From Mobula birostris (Eukaryota), in assembly GCF_030028105.1 (NCBI RefSeq), contig NC_092377.1, positions 161,922,104 through 161,986,103 of the forward strand: a stretch of DNA of 64,000 nt. Reading direction: 5' to 3'. A program made the position numbers and the translations under genes. The notes under the pieces were generated by a model, which did not search any database, was not told where the DNA came from, and saw nothing but the letters and a program-made list of their open reading frames with translations. This document shows positions 1-13,922 of the stretch, piece by piece. The first letter of the stretch is position 1; each line of letters opens with the position of its first letter.

Positions 1-366
1 GATCCAGGAATCTGAAGCCCTGCCCCCGAAGCATTAATACTAATGTCATTCTAGGTAAACCAGAGGAAATATATTTTAAGGTGAGGGGGAATGTTTAAAG
101 AAAATGTGTTGGACTAGTTTTGTTTGTATTTATTTACAAATAGAGATCGGTAGGAGTTTGGAACTGTCTGCCAGGGTGGGGATCATTGGAACCAGATACA
201 ATCACAGTATTTAGAGTCTGGATAATGTTAGGGAATGAAGAGATGTGGACCACATACAGGTAGAAGGGAATTAGTTTAATTTGGCATTGTGTTCAGTGCA
301 GACATTGTAGAATGTAGAGCCTGTTCCTGTGCTTTATAATCTTGTGTTCTAAAAAATCTTCCATAC

Positions 367-568
367 CCTTTCGAGTAACTTCATGCAATCATCCAACATG
401 TCCTGTACCCGATCTGCCAGGTCTTTCTGTTCTTCTCTTTCCATTACTTCCAAGAAAGAATGCTCCAAATTCTTCTTAACGGACTTTATTACTTTCTTAA
501 AAGGGGTTGGCATGGGAGGGCGTTTGTAGGTCTTCCCTTTGGAAGCCAACCATTCTTCAAGCTGCTTC
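367..568 (-). CDS. ckap2l: ckap2l exon 5 (start of CKAP2 C-terminal domain)
   Basis: ttcag|G AAG CAG... encodes [19 protein letters not shown]...CMKLLER|gtatgg; 202 nt. Confidence 0.93.
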
Positions 569-3500
569 CTGAAGCAAAACACAGGCAAAGGTCAAAGGAA
601 ACCATGATGAAATGATGAAAAGAACCACAATAGTATTGTAATGGCACAGATAACATGTGGAATGCAAAGCAATCCAGTCAGTCCCATTAAAAATTCAATA
701 TAACCACCAAACATTTATATTTATATTTTATTTTGAGGTAGAGCATGGTAACAATTTCATTCATTTGATCAATTAACCCACTAACCCATACTTTTAAACG
801 TGAGGGGAGAACAGAGCATCTGGAGGAAACCCATGTGGTCACGGGAAGATTGTACAAACTAGTTACAGACAGTGGCAGAATTGAACCCGGGTCACTGGTG
901 CTATAATAACATTAGGGTGGCCACTGAGAGATCCCGCTTTTGTGGTGAATGGAACAAAGGTGCTTGGCGAAGCGGTGTCCCGATCTATGTCAGCTCTCAC
1001 AGGAAGCCACATTAAGAGCACCAGATACAGTAAATGTCCCCAGCTGACTCACAGGTGAGGTGTTACCTCACCTGGAATTAATATGTAGTGGATGCTGTTC
1101 CTGTATATTTGCTCACCTATTAGGTTTATTTTACTGGGATGTTAAGCAGAATATTAGTTATGTTTAAGAATGAATAAATTCTCGGGCTTCCAGCTGGGTA
1201 CAGATATCAATTATAACCAACAGTTCAATGGACAAACTCTGCCACCTTCATCAGGTAGTATTTATACCTCCCAGTCCATCCCTCCTGATTGGTTAGTCCT
1301 CATTCAATCAGTTTCCACTGCTCCAGCTTGTTTACAATCAAATTCCAGTTCTTACTTAGAGCAAAATCCTTGACTTTGCTAAAATTCTTTTCCTCAGTCT
1401 GCTGGAGTGAGAGGTTAAAAATATCAGTGACAACTCCAGCCAGTCGATCAATACAGTCTTTAGTACCAGGCCAGGTACTCCGTCTGGACTGGATGCTTTC
1501 CGTGGGTTCACCCTCCTGAAGTTTGCCCTGAAGTTGGCCTCAGATACTGAAGTCACAGGTCATCAGGGGCTATGGGAGTTCGTGAAGGTGCCTCCTTGTT
1601 TTGATGGTCAAAGTGAGCATAGAAGGCATTGAGCACATCTGAGAAGGAAGCTTTGCTGTCACTTGGTTTCCCTTTTATGTGCGTTGCTATAACCTGGAGG
1701 AATGTGTCTTCCAAGTCTATCATCCTTAAAACAATATTCAATGGGTTGGAGGAACTCAGTGAGTCACGCATCTACTGTAGGAGGAAAGAAGTGGACTATT
1801 TGGGTTGAACCCTGCGTCAGATCCTATACTGTTCTCCCATTATCAAACCTTCTCAATTTCCTGCTGGTTGACGTAGACTACATCAGTTCCATTGCCCTTA
1901 TCAATAGTTCAAAGTTCGAAGTAAATTTATTATCGAAGTACATGTATGTCACCAGATACAACCCTGAAGTTCACTTTCTTGCTGGCATACTCAATAAATC
2001 CATAATAGGATAATAGCCATAATAGAATCAATGAAAGAAATAATAAAAAATAAATAAATACACAATAAATATCAAGAACATGAGATGAAGAGTCCTTGAA
2101 AGTCTATCGGTTGTGGTACATTTCAGTGATGGGGCAAGTGAAGTTATCCCCTTTGGTTCAAGAGCTTGATGGTTGAGGGGTAATTACTGTTCCTGAGCCT
2201 GGTGATGTAAGTCTTAGGTTCCTGTACCACCACCTTGATGGCAGTAAGAAGAAGACAGCATGATCTGGGTGGTGGGGTCCTTATTACCTATTCAAAAATT
2301 ACAGAATTGGTCAGATAAGATCTCTCCATTACAAATTAATGATGACTGTGTTGGATTACTTCCTTCTTTTCCACGTGTACATTAATTTGTCCTTCAGAAG
2401 TTTTCTCCAGTAACTTCCTTACTTAGATTGAGAGTGGAGTGGTGAGAAAAGATTCTGAGGTAATTAATTGACTGAGGAGAGGTTTAAGATGATAGGTATG
2501 TAGTGCCAAGTGGAAGAGATGAGCGTGCAGCATCTGGGAAGAAAGGAGGGCAGGATAGGTAACTCAACATTCCATGCCACAGAATCTTCAGACATGGCAT
2601 TGGAATGATATAAACAGAAGGGGGCATTGCAATGTTAAGGAGGGACCCAGTGAAGGAACAGGCTGGTGTTTCAGAGAGGCTGCATTCCTATCAGTGTATC
2701 AAGGGAAATACTAAAGTACAAATAACTATTCCTGAAGGTTTAGTGGGATTGAGCTCTGCTGTATCCATACGGATTGAAGGTGCTTATGATAGAGCCATAC
2801 TTGACACAGGTTCTCAAGCTACTTTGCTTATAGATCCTTTTACAACCGGTATTTGACACATTTGACATTGACGCCACTCATTGCCCTTGAGATTAGGGGG
2901 CTTAGTACTGATGGATATCCTTAGGATGGTTACGTCGTTGAAGTTGGAGTTTTCTGAAGCAGATGTTGGAGTAATTGAGACAATTGACACACCAGTGTTG
3001 GTCTGCCCAGATCCGGTTTTAAAGGGTGGAGCTTCCATTCTCGTGGGAACAAATACTGCTGTTGTAAGAAGGCTCTTGGGAGCATGCAAGGAGAGAAATG
3101 GAGAGAACATATTGAAAACCTTGTCCATTCACCCTGTGTTCAGAGCTGCTTTTGAGAAGGTGCCTCCTTAGTGGGATGCTGAGCAAAAATGAGGAACTGT
3201 GGTACACCTAGTCTAAATTTGTTGTGTTACATCCTGGAGGAGTAGATAGAATGACAGGAACCCACAAATTTGGCGGAATGTCCAAGGAATCTCAGGATTA
3301 CTGCCTGTGTCACGCAACAGTGAGTATAGGAATAGAGTGAGGTGGAGGATAAATGCATGGCTGAGGGATTGGAGCGGGGGGCAGGGATTCAGATTTCTGG
3401 ATCATTGGGACCTTTTTTGGGACCGGCATGACCTGTACTAAAAGGATGGGTTGCACATGAATCCGAGGGGGACCAATATCCCGGCAGGGAGGTTTGCTAA

Positions 3501-6500
3501 GGCTATTGGGGAGAGCTTAAACTAGAATTGTTGGGGGGTGGGAACCAAACTGAAGAGACAGAGGAAGGGGCTGTTGGCTCACAAATAGAGAAAGCTTGTA
3601 GGCAGTGTGAGAGGGAGGATAGGCAGGTGATAGAGAAGAGATGCGCTCAGACTGATGGTTTGAGATGTGTCAACAGTCAGCCCTCCTTATCCGCGAGTTC
3701 CGCATGCGTGAATTCAACCAACCGCGAATCAAGGAAACCCAGAAGTGCTCTTCCAGCACTTGTTGTNNNNNNNNNNNNNNNNNNNNNNNNNNNNNNNNNN
3801 NNNNNNNNNNNNNNNNNNNNNNNNNNNNNNNNNNNNNNNNNNNNNNNNNNNNNNNNNNNNNNNNNNNNNNNNNNNNNNNNNNNNNNNNNNNNNNNNNNNN
3901 NNNNNNNNNNNNNNNNNGATCAAAAAAACTGGAAGTTCTCTTACTAAGTAATTTGGAACAGGTACATCCGGAATTATTTAGCGTCAGTTAGTCAAATGTT
4001 TGTCTTTGTATATAGTATATATTTTACCTTTCTATGCATATAAAACAGTTAAGAAACGTATGTTTCAGCGCCAGGCTCGGGAACGGAAGTTCCCGGGTTT
4101 GATCCAGTGACAGCCGCTCCCGAGCGCACCCTCCATTCATGACGGGTTGATGTGGAGGATCAAAAACCTAAAACCCAATAATTAAATCACTGCGTTGCTT
4201 AGTAATAATTGTAGCTTTCACCGGGGCAGGGCCTTTCTCACTTTATCCTTTAAAATTGTTCCAATCATTGACTGACTGTAACCTAACGCTTTTCCAATGA
4301 CCAATGGCATTTCACCTCTTTCCGATCGCTTTATTATTTCCACTTTATTTTCAATCGTGATTATTTTCATGAACAGAAACACTGCGGATTCAGAGCTCCG
4401 CCGCCGGGTCCTAATGTCCACTGCACTGAGACAGGTTAAATAAGGTCCAGAGTTCCACTGGGAACTAAGATCCACCGCATTGAGACAGGTTGAATAAGGG
4501 ACTTGAGCATCCGTGTTTTTTGGTATCCGCGAAGGGTCCCAGAACCAATCCCTCGTGGATAAGGAGGGCCGACTGTATTTTAATCAAGGAGTATCATGAA
4601 CAAAGTGGATGAGCTTAGAGTGTGGATCAGTACTTGGAGCTATGATGTTGTGGCCATTACAGAGACTTGGATGGCTCAGGGGCAGGATTAGCTACTTAGA
4701 GTGCCAGGCTTTAGATGTTGCAGAAAGGACAGGGAGGGAGGCAAAAGAGGTGGAGGCATGGCACTGCTGATCAGAGATAGTGTCATGGCTGCAGAAAAGG
4801 AGGAAGTCATGGAGGGACTGTCTACTGAGTCTCTGTGGGTGGAAGAATAGAATAGAAACAGGAAGGGGTCAATAAGTCTACTGGGTGTTTTTTACAGACC
4901 ACCCAATAGTAACAGGAACATCGAGGAGCAGATAGGGAGACATTCTGCAACGGTGCGGTAATAATAGGGTTCTCGTGATGGGGGATTTTAATTTCCCCAA
5001 TATTGATTGACATCTCCCTAGAGCAAGGGTTTAGATGGGGTAGAGTTTGTTATGTGTGTTCAGGAAGGTTTCCTGACACAGTATGTAGATAAGCCTACAA
5101 GAGGAGAGGCAGTACTTGATCTGGTATTGGGAAATGAACCTGGTCAGGTGTCAGGTCTCTCAGTGGGAGAGCATTTTGGAGATAGTGATCATAAGTCTAT
5201 CTCCTTTACCATGGCATTGGAGAGGGATAGGAACAGACAAGTTCAGAAAGTGTTTAATTAGAGTAAGGGGAAATATGAAACTATCAGGCAGGACCTTGGA
5301 AGCATAAATTGGGAACAGATGTTCTCAGAGAAATGTACAGCAGAAATGTGGCAAACGTTCAGGGGATATTTGAGTGGCGTTCTGCACAGGTACGTTCCAA
5401 TGAGACGGAAAGGATGGTAGGGTACAGGAACCGTAGTGTACAAAGGTAGATGAAAATCTAGTCAGGAAGGAAAGAAAAGCTTATGAAAGATTCAAAAAAC
5501 TAGGTAATGATAGAGATCTAGAAAATTATAAGGCTAGCAGGAAGAAGCTTAAGAATGAAATTAAGAGAGCCAGAAGGGGCCATGAGAAGGCCTTGGTGAA
5601 CACGATTAAGGAAAATCCCAAGGCATTCTACAAGTATGTGAAGAGCAAGAGGATAAGACGTGAGAGAATAGAACCTATCAAGTGTGACAGTGGAAAAGTG
5701 TGTATGGAACCGGAGGAGGTAGCGGAGGTACTTAATGAATATTTTGCTTCAGTATTCACTACGGAATAGGGCCTTGGCGATTGTAGGGATGACTTACAGC
5801 AGACTGAAAAGCTTGAGCATGTAGACATTAAGAAAGAGGATGTGGCTCGAGCTTTTGGAATGCATCATTGGATAAGTCACCGGGACCAGACAAGGTATAC
5901 CCAAGGCTACTGTGGGAAGTGAGGGGGAAGATTGCTAAGCCTCTGGCAATGATCTTTGCGTCATCACTGGGGACGGGAGAGGTTCCGGAGGATTGGAGGG
6001 TTGCAGATGTTGTTCCCTTATTCAAGAAAGGGAGTAGAGATAGTCCAGGAAATTATAGACCAGTGAGTCTTACTTCAGTGGTTGGTAAGTTGATGGCGAA
6101 GATCCTGAAAGGCAGGAGTTATGACATTTGGAGAGGCACAATATGATTAGGAATAGTCAGCTTGGCTTTGTCAAAGGCAGGTCGTGTCTTATGAGCCTGA
6201 TTGAATTTTTTGATGATGTGACTAATCACATTGATGAAGGTAGAGCAGTAGATGTAGTGTATATGGATTTCAGCAAGGCATTTGATAAGGTACCCCATGT
6301 AAGGCTTATTGAGAAAGTAAGGAAGCATAGGATCCAAGGGGACCTTGCTTTGTGGATTGAGAATTGGCTTGCCCACAGAAGGAAAAGAGTGGTTGTAGAC
6401 AGGTCATATTCTGCATGGAGGTTAGTGACCAGTGGTGTGCCTCAGGGATCTGCTCTGGGTCCCCTTCGTGATTTTTATAAATGACCTGACTGAGGAAATG

Positions 6501-9500
6501 GAGGGATGGGTTAGTAAATTTGATGACACAAAAGGTTGGGGATGTTGTGGATAGTGGGGAAGGCTGTCAGAGGTTACAGTGGGACATCGATAGGATGCAA
6601 AACTGGTAGATGGAGTTCAACCCAGATAAGTGTGAGGCGGTTCATTTTGGTAGGTCAAATATGATGGCAGAATATAGTATTAATGGTAAGACTCTTGGCA
6701 GTGTGGAGGATCAGAGGGATCTTGGAGTCAGAGTCCATGGGACACTCAAAGCTGCTGCGCAGGTTGAATCTGTGGTGAAGAATGTATACGGCGTATTGGC
6801 CTTCTCAATTCCACAGTTGATGTTCAAGAGCCAAGAGGTAATGTTGCAGCTATATAGGACCCTGGTCAGACCCCACTTGGAGTACTGTGCTCAGTTCTGG
6901 TCACCTCACTACAGGAATGATGTGGAAATTATAGAAAGGGTGCAGAGGAGATTTACAAGGATGTTGCCTGGATTGGGAAGCATGCCTTATGAGAATAGGT
7001 TGAGTAAACTTGGCCTTTTCTCCTTGGAGTGACGTAAGATGAGGGGTGACCTGATAGAGGTGTATAAGATGATGAGAGACATTGATCATGTGGATAGTCA
7101 GAGGCTGAAATGGCAAACATGAGAGGACAGTTTTAAGGTGCTTGGAAGTAGGTACAGAGGAGATGTCAAGGGTACGCTTTTTATGCAGAGTGGTGAATGT
7201 GTGGAATGGGCTGCTGGTGATGGTGGTGGAGGCGGATACAATAGGGTCTTTTAAGAGGCTCCTGGATAGGTACATGGAGCTTAGAAAAATAGAGGACTAT
7301 GGGTAACCCGAGGTAATTTCTAAAGTAAGTACATGTTAGGCACAGCATTGTGGACCAAAGGGCCTGTATTGTGCTGTAGGTTTTCTATGTTTCTATGAAT
7401 GGAAAAGGAGAAGATTTTGGAATGCGAAGATGCGTTTTCTACTGACAAGTCTGATGTTCATTACTCCAGGAGTACTTGCCACACTTTTGGAGTGACCAAG
7501 ACTACCCCTTTCCAAGAGAGGTCTCACCTATTAGCACCAGCGGAGGTTGAAGTAGTTTGGCAACACCAACTTAAGCTGGAAGTTAAATTCTTTCATGGAG
7601 AAGGGGACCTGAGCTGCTGGAAGACACGAACGTTAAATAGGTGGAGGCACCCTCAAGTAGACAGGGATGGTTCCAAGCGGTGAAGCTGGAAGAGCTGAAG
7701 ATGGGATAAGGAAGTCTCAGAGTCAGGGCACCCCCAGATAGGCTGGCCGATGACACACCAGGGGAGCAGACTGTAGCATCTATCCCCTTAGTGAGATATG
7801 TCACTACCATTTACAAATGGTTTGGAGGTCCTGACATCATGAAATTCCTTTGAAAACTGTGTTATTAGTGATGAGTTGTTAAGTTATAAAGTCATGAGGA
7901 TATGACTATTTTTGGTTGGGGAGAGGGTGTAATGTCCTGTTTAAGGTTTTTACTGCTATGCTGTAGGTATTTCATTTTAGCAGTTCTGTTCTGCTTTCAA
8001 TCTGTTTGGGTTTGAGCTAAGATAAGGGACTTTGTTGTTTAACTTAGGAATGTTGTGTCAGCCAATCAGAATGGTGGAATTAGGAGATGGTTCTAGAGAA
8101 TGCTGGGCAGAGAAGTTTTTGTGATGGACACTGGTGGTGGGTCGATGTCCTTTTGGTGGGAACTTGGGAGAAGACAGGAGGGAAGATGGCTGAGGATGCC
8201 ATCCCTGTTGCACAAGTTGCTCTGTGCTGATGAATGGCTTCAAGGAAGAAGGACCAATATTCCCATGGGGGAGCCCGTTTGTTCAAGACGGATTTCAAGC
8301 AACTTTCAGAAGGTGGTGTGTACTTTCACACAGACTGGGGGTCTAGCGTGTCAGTTAAAGACAACTTTGAGATGAACTCCAACTTGTATGCACATTTGGA
8401 CTGCGTTAACTGTAATAGGTCCTTTTTATTTTTTTCTTTCTCATACTAACTATTTGATAAAGCTGACATTTGTAAATATACTTTCTTTATAATTGTATGC
8501 AGTGTATGATCTGTTATTTCTTGCTGATGGCTATTTGCATGGGGGTTGTATTTACACAGAGGGGTTCGTGTGGGCAAGACATCCCAACCTTCCGGGTTTG
8601 GTGGGACTGAAGTCATATCTACCCTAGACATACAGAGCCTGAGAAAGGTTACTTCTTCACTAACACATCATTTTCCAAAACTTTTGGTATCCTCTTTTAT
8701 ATTATTCTGTAGCTTGGCTTCATATTTCATCTTTTCTTTCCTTATCATTCTTTTGTTGTCTTCTGTGATTTTTGAAAGATTCCCAATCCTCCAGATTCCT
8801 GCTAAATTTTGCAATATTGTACACTTTCTCTTTTGGTTTTGTACTTTTCCCTTGCCAACTATGGTTGCCTCATCATCCCTATAGAATTGCTACTACTTCT
8901 TTAGGATGAAGTGACAGTCACATAGGCCCATATCCTTCTACTCTTTTCCAATCCACTGAGCCATCCAAATGCTTTTTAAATGTTGTAATAGTGCCTGCCT
9001 GCGCTACCTCCTGGTAGCTCATTCAAAATATGCACCACCTCTGTTGGAAAGATTTATCTCTCAGATCTCCTTTTAAATTGATCTCTTCTGAAATAAAACC
9101 TTTAACTTATAGTTCTATATTCCCCTGGCCTGGGGTAAAGATTCTGACCTCTCCTATCTATGCCTTCATGATTTTGTAAATTTGAGTTCATCTCTTGGGC
9201 TGCTTAATGCCCTGGTGCTGTACTGCTCATCTTCCACTTGAGGTTCTAATTAGTGTGAAGTGCGTCACCTTGCTAGCAAGACCACAATGCCCAAATGAAC
9301 AAAAATCTTGCTGTGAGGAAGAATACAGACAAACTGAATTGAGAAACTGTGCTGTGTTTACAGTGCAAACGTGTTGCAATATTGTGCAGGTCCCAGCATT
9401 AGGTGTGGTCCCATTTCAGAGAAAGACACCACAAGCATTGTGACCACCGTATTAAACTACCAGACACTCACAGAATATCCAGTAACGTCGGTGTTTCGAA

Positions 9501-12500
9501 GTGTGAGTTTTTATCTTAACTGTAGTGATTTGAACATGAGCATCTTAGTGGTCAAATATCAACTAGCAAGGAAAGTAGAGAATTTTTGCAGCAGATCTGT
9601 TACATTACTGGACTGGAATTCAAGCCTATCATAGCTGCTATGAAATTTAAGTTCAGCTAGTATTCAAAGCAGACACAATATGCAGAATGTCCTAATTTTG
9701 CTCCAATGTCTTATAATCTGTGATAAAAGTAAACTTGTTATTATTGATATGTAGTCATGATACCAAGAGTAGTAAAAAGATATCTTGCAATACACATCAA
9801 AGTTGCTGGTGAACGCAGCAGGCCAGGCAGCATCTCTAGGAAGAGGTACAGTTGACGTTTCTGGCCGAGACCCTTCATCAGGACTAACTGAAGAAAGAGC
9901 TAGTAAGAGATTTTAAAGTGGGAGGGGGGAGGGGGAGATCCAAAATGATGGGAGAAGACAGGAGGGGGAGGGATGGAGCCAAGAGCTGGACAGGTGATTG
10001 GCAAAAGGGGTATGAGAGGATCATGGGACAGGAGGCCCAGGGAGAAGGAAAAGGGGGAGGGGGGGAAAAGCCCAGAGGATGGGCAAGGGGTATAGTCAGA
10101 GGGACAGAGGGAGAAAAAGGAGAGTGAGAGAAAGAATGTGTGAATATAAATAACGGATGGGGTACGAGGGGGAGGTGGGGCATTAGCGGAAGTTAGAGAA
10201 GTCAATGTTCATGCCATCAGGTTGGAGGCTACCCAGACGGAATATAAGGTGTTGTTCCTCCAACCTGCATGTGGCTTCATCTTTACAGTAGAGGAGGCCG
10301 TGGATAGACATGTCAGAATGGGAATAGGATGTGGAATTAAAATGTGTGGTCACTGGGAGATCCTGCTTTCTCTGGCAGACAGAGAGTAGGTGTTCAGCGA
10401 AATGATCTCCCAGTCTGCGTCAGGTCTCGCCAATATATAGGAGGCCACATCGGGAGCACCAGACGCAGTATATCACCCCAGCCGACTCACAGGTGAAGTG
10501 TCGCCTCACCCGGAAGGACTTGGCAGAATTAGTCCTTACTCTTAATAATTTCTCCTTTGGCTCCTCCTACTTCCTCCAAACTAAAGGTGTAGCTATGGGT
10601 ACCCGCATGGGTCCGAGCTATGCCTGCCTTTTTGTTGGCTTTGTGGAACAATCTACGCACATAAAATCTTAGTGGAATTAAAATGTGAGGCCACTGGGAG
10701 ATCCTGCTTTCTCTGGCGGACGGAGCGTAGGTGTTCAGTGAAACAATCTCCCAGTCTGCCTCTCATATCCCTTTTGCCAATCAACTGTCCAGCTCTCGGC
10801 TTCATCCCTCCCCCTCTCACTTTCAAATCTTTCACTAGCTCTTCTTTCAGTTAGTCCTGACGAAGGGTCTCGGCCCGAAACACCAACTGTACCTCTTCCT
10901 AGAGATGCTGCCTGGCCTGCTGCCTTCACCAGCAACCTTTGTGTGTGTTGCTTGAAATTCCAGCATCTGCAGATTTCCTCGTTTTCGCCTCCAGGTTATA
11001 GGATATTTTGGTGGACAAACCTATTTCGGCTTTTAAGAGTACAAGGTGCCTCTGAACCCCACTGCATGACTGAAATAAATTCGGTTAGCAAAAGGACTAA
11101 TTCTAGTGATAAGTACACTTAGTGGTTACTTATGAGGTAACGCCTATACCTAATAAAGTGGCCACTTAATGTTCATGGTCTGCTGCTGTAGCGCATCCAC
11201 TTCAAGGTTCGACATGTTGTGCATTCAGCGATGTTCTTCTGCACACCATTGTTGAAATGCTTGGCTATTTGAGTTACAGTCACCTTCCTGTCAGCTCGAA
11301 CCAGTCTGGCCATTCTTCTCTAACCCCTCTCATTAACAAAGCATTTTTTTCCCCACTGAAATGCTGCTCACTGGATGTTGTTTTGTCTCTGTGAGCTCTA
11401 GAGACTGTTGTGTGCAAAAATCCCAGTTTCCAAGATACCCAAACCACCCTGTCTGGCACCAACAATCATTCCACAGTCAAAGTCACTTAGATCATCTCCA
11501 TTCTGATGTTTGTTCTGAACAATAAATACACCTCTTGACCGTGTCTGCATGCTTTTATGCATTGAGTTGCTATCACATTTGGCTAATTGGATATTTGCGT
11601 TAACAAGGTGTAGAGGTGTACCTAATAAAGTGGCTACTGTGTGTATTTTGAAAAAAAACCCTTAAGAACAAGTTAAAAAGGAGTCAGCTTCAAATAGAAA
11701 TTTTGTTTACCTTCTTTCATCTTTTCCTTTCAGTGTCTTGATGTTAGAGCTTTTGACATCTCGACGCTTAACTGTGCTCATTACTGTTTTTGGAGATCCA
11801 CTTACATTTTGTACTGCCCCTTTACTTTTTATATTTCTTGTAGGAGACTCCAAGGTTGAATGCAACTTTTGAGCAGATCTTGTAAAAGGTTTCCATATTG
11901 TCACTGGCCTACTGGCAGCAGAATTAGATCCATTCTGTATGCTTGCACTGTACAGAGATCTCTCCACTTTGACACTTGCAAACTGCTGTTCTCTCTTGTT
12001 TAATTTCCCACAGATCTTTTCCATCTTCTCTTTCGGAATTGTCACTGTACTTGTAGATTTAGCTGCTGCTGAGGTTGTCTTAACCACTCTGGGGGCCACT
12101 GTTGAAGCTCCTACAGGCTTGGAGTCACCCACAGGCCTGGCTGCTCCTGGGGCGGCCCTGGGCGCACCCACGGGCCTGGCTGCTCCCGGGGCGGCCCTGG
12201 GCGCACCCACGGGCCTGGCTGCTCCCGGGGCGGCCCTGGGCGCACCCACGGGCCTGGCTGCTCCCGGGGCGGCCCTGGGCGCACCCACGGGCCTGGCTGC
12301 TCCCGGGGCGGCCCTGGGCGCACCCACGGGCCTGGCTGCTCCCGGGGCGGCCCTGGCTATATTGTCAGTACCAATTGCCCATGATTGATTGTCTGAAGCA
12401 GTATTCTTTAATTTGCAGTCTTGAATATTATTTGCCCGTAAAGTAAACGTCTTAATTAAAGCTCTGTTTGAAGACTGTCCCACAATTTGAGCTTTACCAA

Positions 12501-13890
12501 CTGTGAGTTTATTTTCCTTTCCTTGGTCGCTTGAGTTATGATGAAATTCACCACATGCTGAAGCTTCAGGATGCAAATCCCCCACACATTGTCTGGATTG
12601 GGTCACTGGATCAGCGATAGATTCCTTTGACTCCACAGGGAATAAAACAGTCATAACTTGTTTAGTGAGTGTGGGTTTTGAATCACACTGAACTTGTTTC
12701 CTAGAAATTACTGATTCGTAATGATTCATGCATGTTGGGTTCTTCACACTGTTTAGCTTAGATGGTTTTGTGTGAGCATCATGCTTCCGATTTTCCCCCT
12801 GAAACAGGCGAAGTTCATGCAACATCAGTCAAAGCAATGATTAAACCAAGTTTTTAAAAAATCCTTTCATTTCACAAATGTTTCTGATGATTTGGAAAAT
12901 TTTAAATGCTTTATCCTCCTAACCTATTAATCTTGGAATCCCCTTATCCATTCACTATGAAAACTGTATTTGAGCATATCACTTTCTCGTTTGTCACTGA
13001 CTCAACCAGGAATTTCACAATTTCTGCATTTTTTTTTTAACCTTCCAAGCCCATCTCAGAATCACTTAAATTTAAGTCATCTTCAATCTCCTACAATTTA
13101 GGTCTCCACTTCCTGGCTTTTCTAGCTCCAAACTAAACTTCTGCAAACTCACATGTACCACTGTAAACCAGCACACTAATGCTGTACTGATTAGAATACA
13201 GAGCTTTTACAAAACTATTCTATTTAATTTGCTTCACATCAAATTCTCACCCCAAAACCACCTTTGAAAGATTTAATTGCTGACTTCCATCTTCCCTCCC
13301 TCGGAAACCAATAAATCCTGTTGTTATTCTTTATAACAAAATGTTCAATTACCAATTGCTTCCCAGCTTATTTAGTTTTTCCTCATATCTCTTTTTAAAC
13401 AAAAATTAACAACAACTTAAGGAACAGAGAAGAGATTACCAACTACTAAACCAGTGATTTGAGATATTAACTTTTGCCCCGTGGGTTTTGAACACAATTG
13501 TTCCCAATTCTCATTCAATACAGAACTGAGAAAATGAAAAGATAATTCAAGACATATTCAATGATCCCTCCTACAAGTGCCACAAGTTAATAAGGCTCAA
13601 CTACTACAACCTGGAATGGCTTAATGAAAAGAAAATACACATCAAGATACTGCTTTGACATATCAATTTGAGTGAAGCACAGACACTCTGATGAAAGATT
13701 TTAAACTCAAAACAGTAACTACTTCCACAACAAATGATGTTAACCCAAGTATTTCTATCATTTCCCCATATGCCCTCTTCTTATTGTTACTGTTGGAAAG
13801 GAAGTACAGAAGCCTGAAGGCACACACTCAGCAATTCAGGAACAGCTTCTTCCCCTCTAATTTCCATTTTTGCAATATTTTTGATTTAAC

Positions 13891-13922
<32 letters not shown>

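Larger units (their letters stand above)
3290..7398 (+). mobile_element. CR1-clade LINE, long decayed copy (ORF1 esterase end, endonuclease, RT, 3' tail)
   Basis: [24 protein letters not shown] (endonuclease), [48 protein letters not shown]; (TTTCTATG)n tail at ~7380-7398. Confidence 0.92.

Noticed and set aside
3528-3991. ORFs containing X runs
   Set aside because: Artefacts of the 151-N gap.
12127-12357. CRISPR-like regular repeat
   Set aside because: The units are contiguous with no unique spacers, and they lie in frame in a eukaryotic exon.
11939-12446. Antisense and alternative-frame ORFs (149, 114, 70 aa)
   Set aside because: By-products of a stop-free GC-rich repeat whose unit length is a multiple of three.
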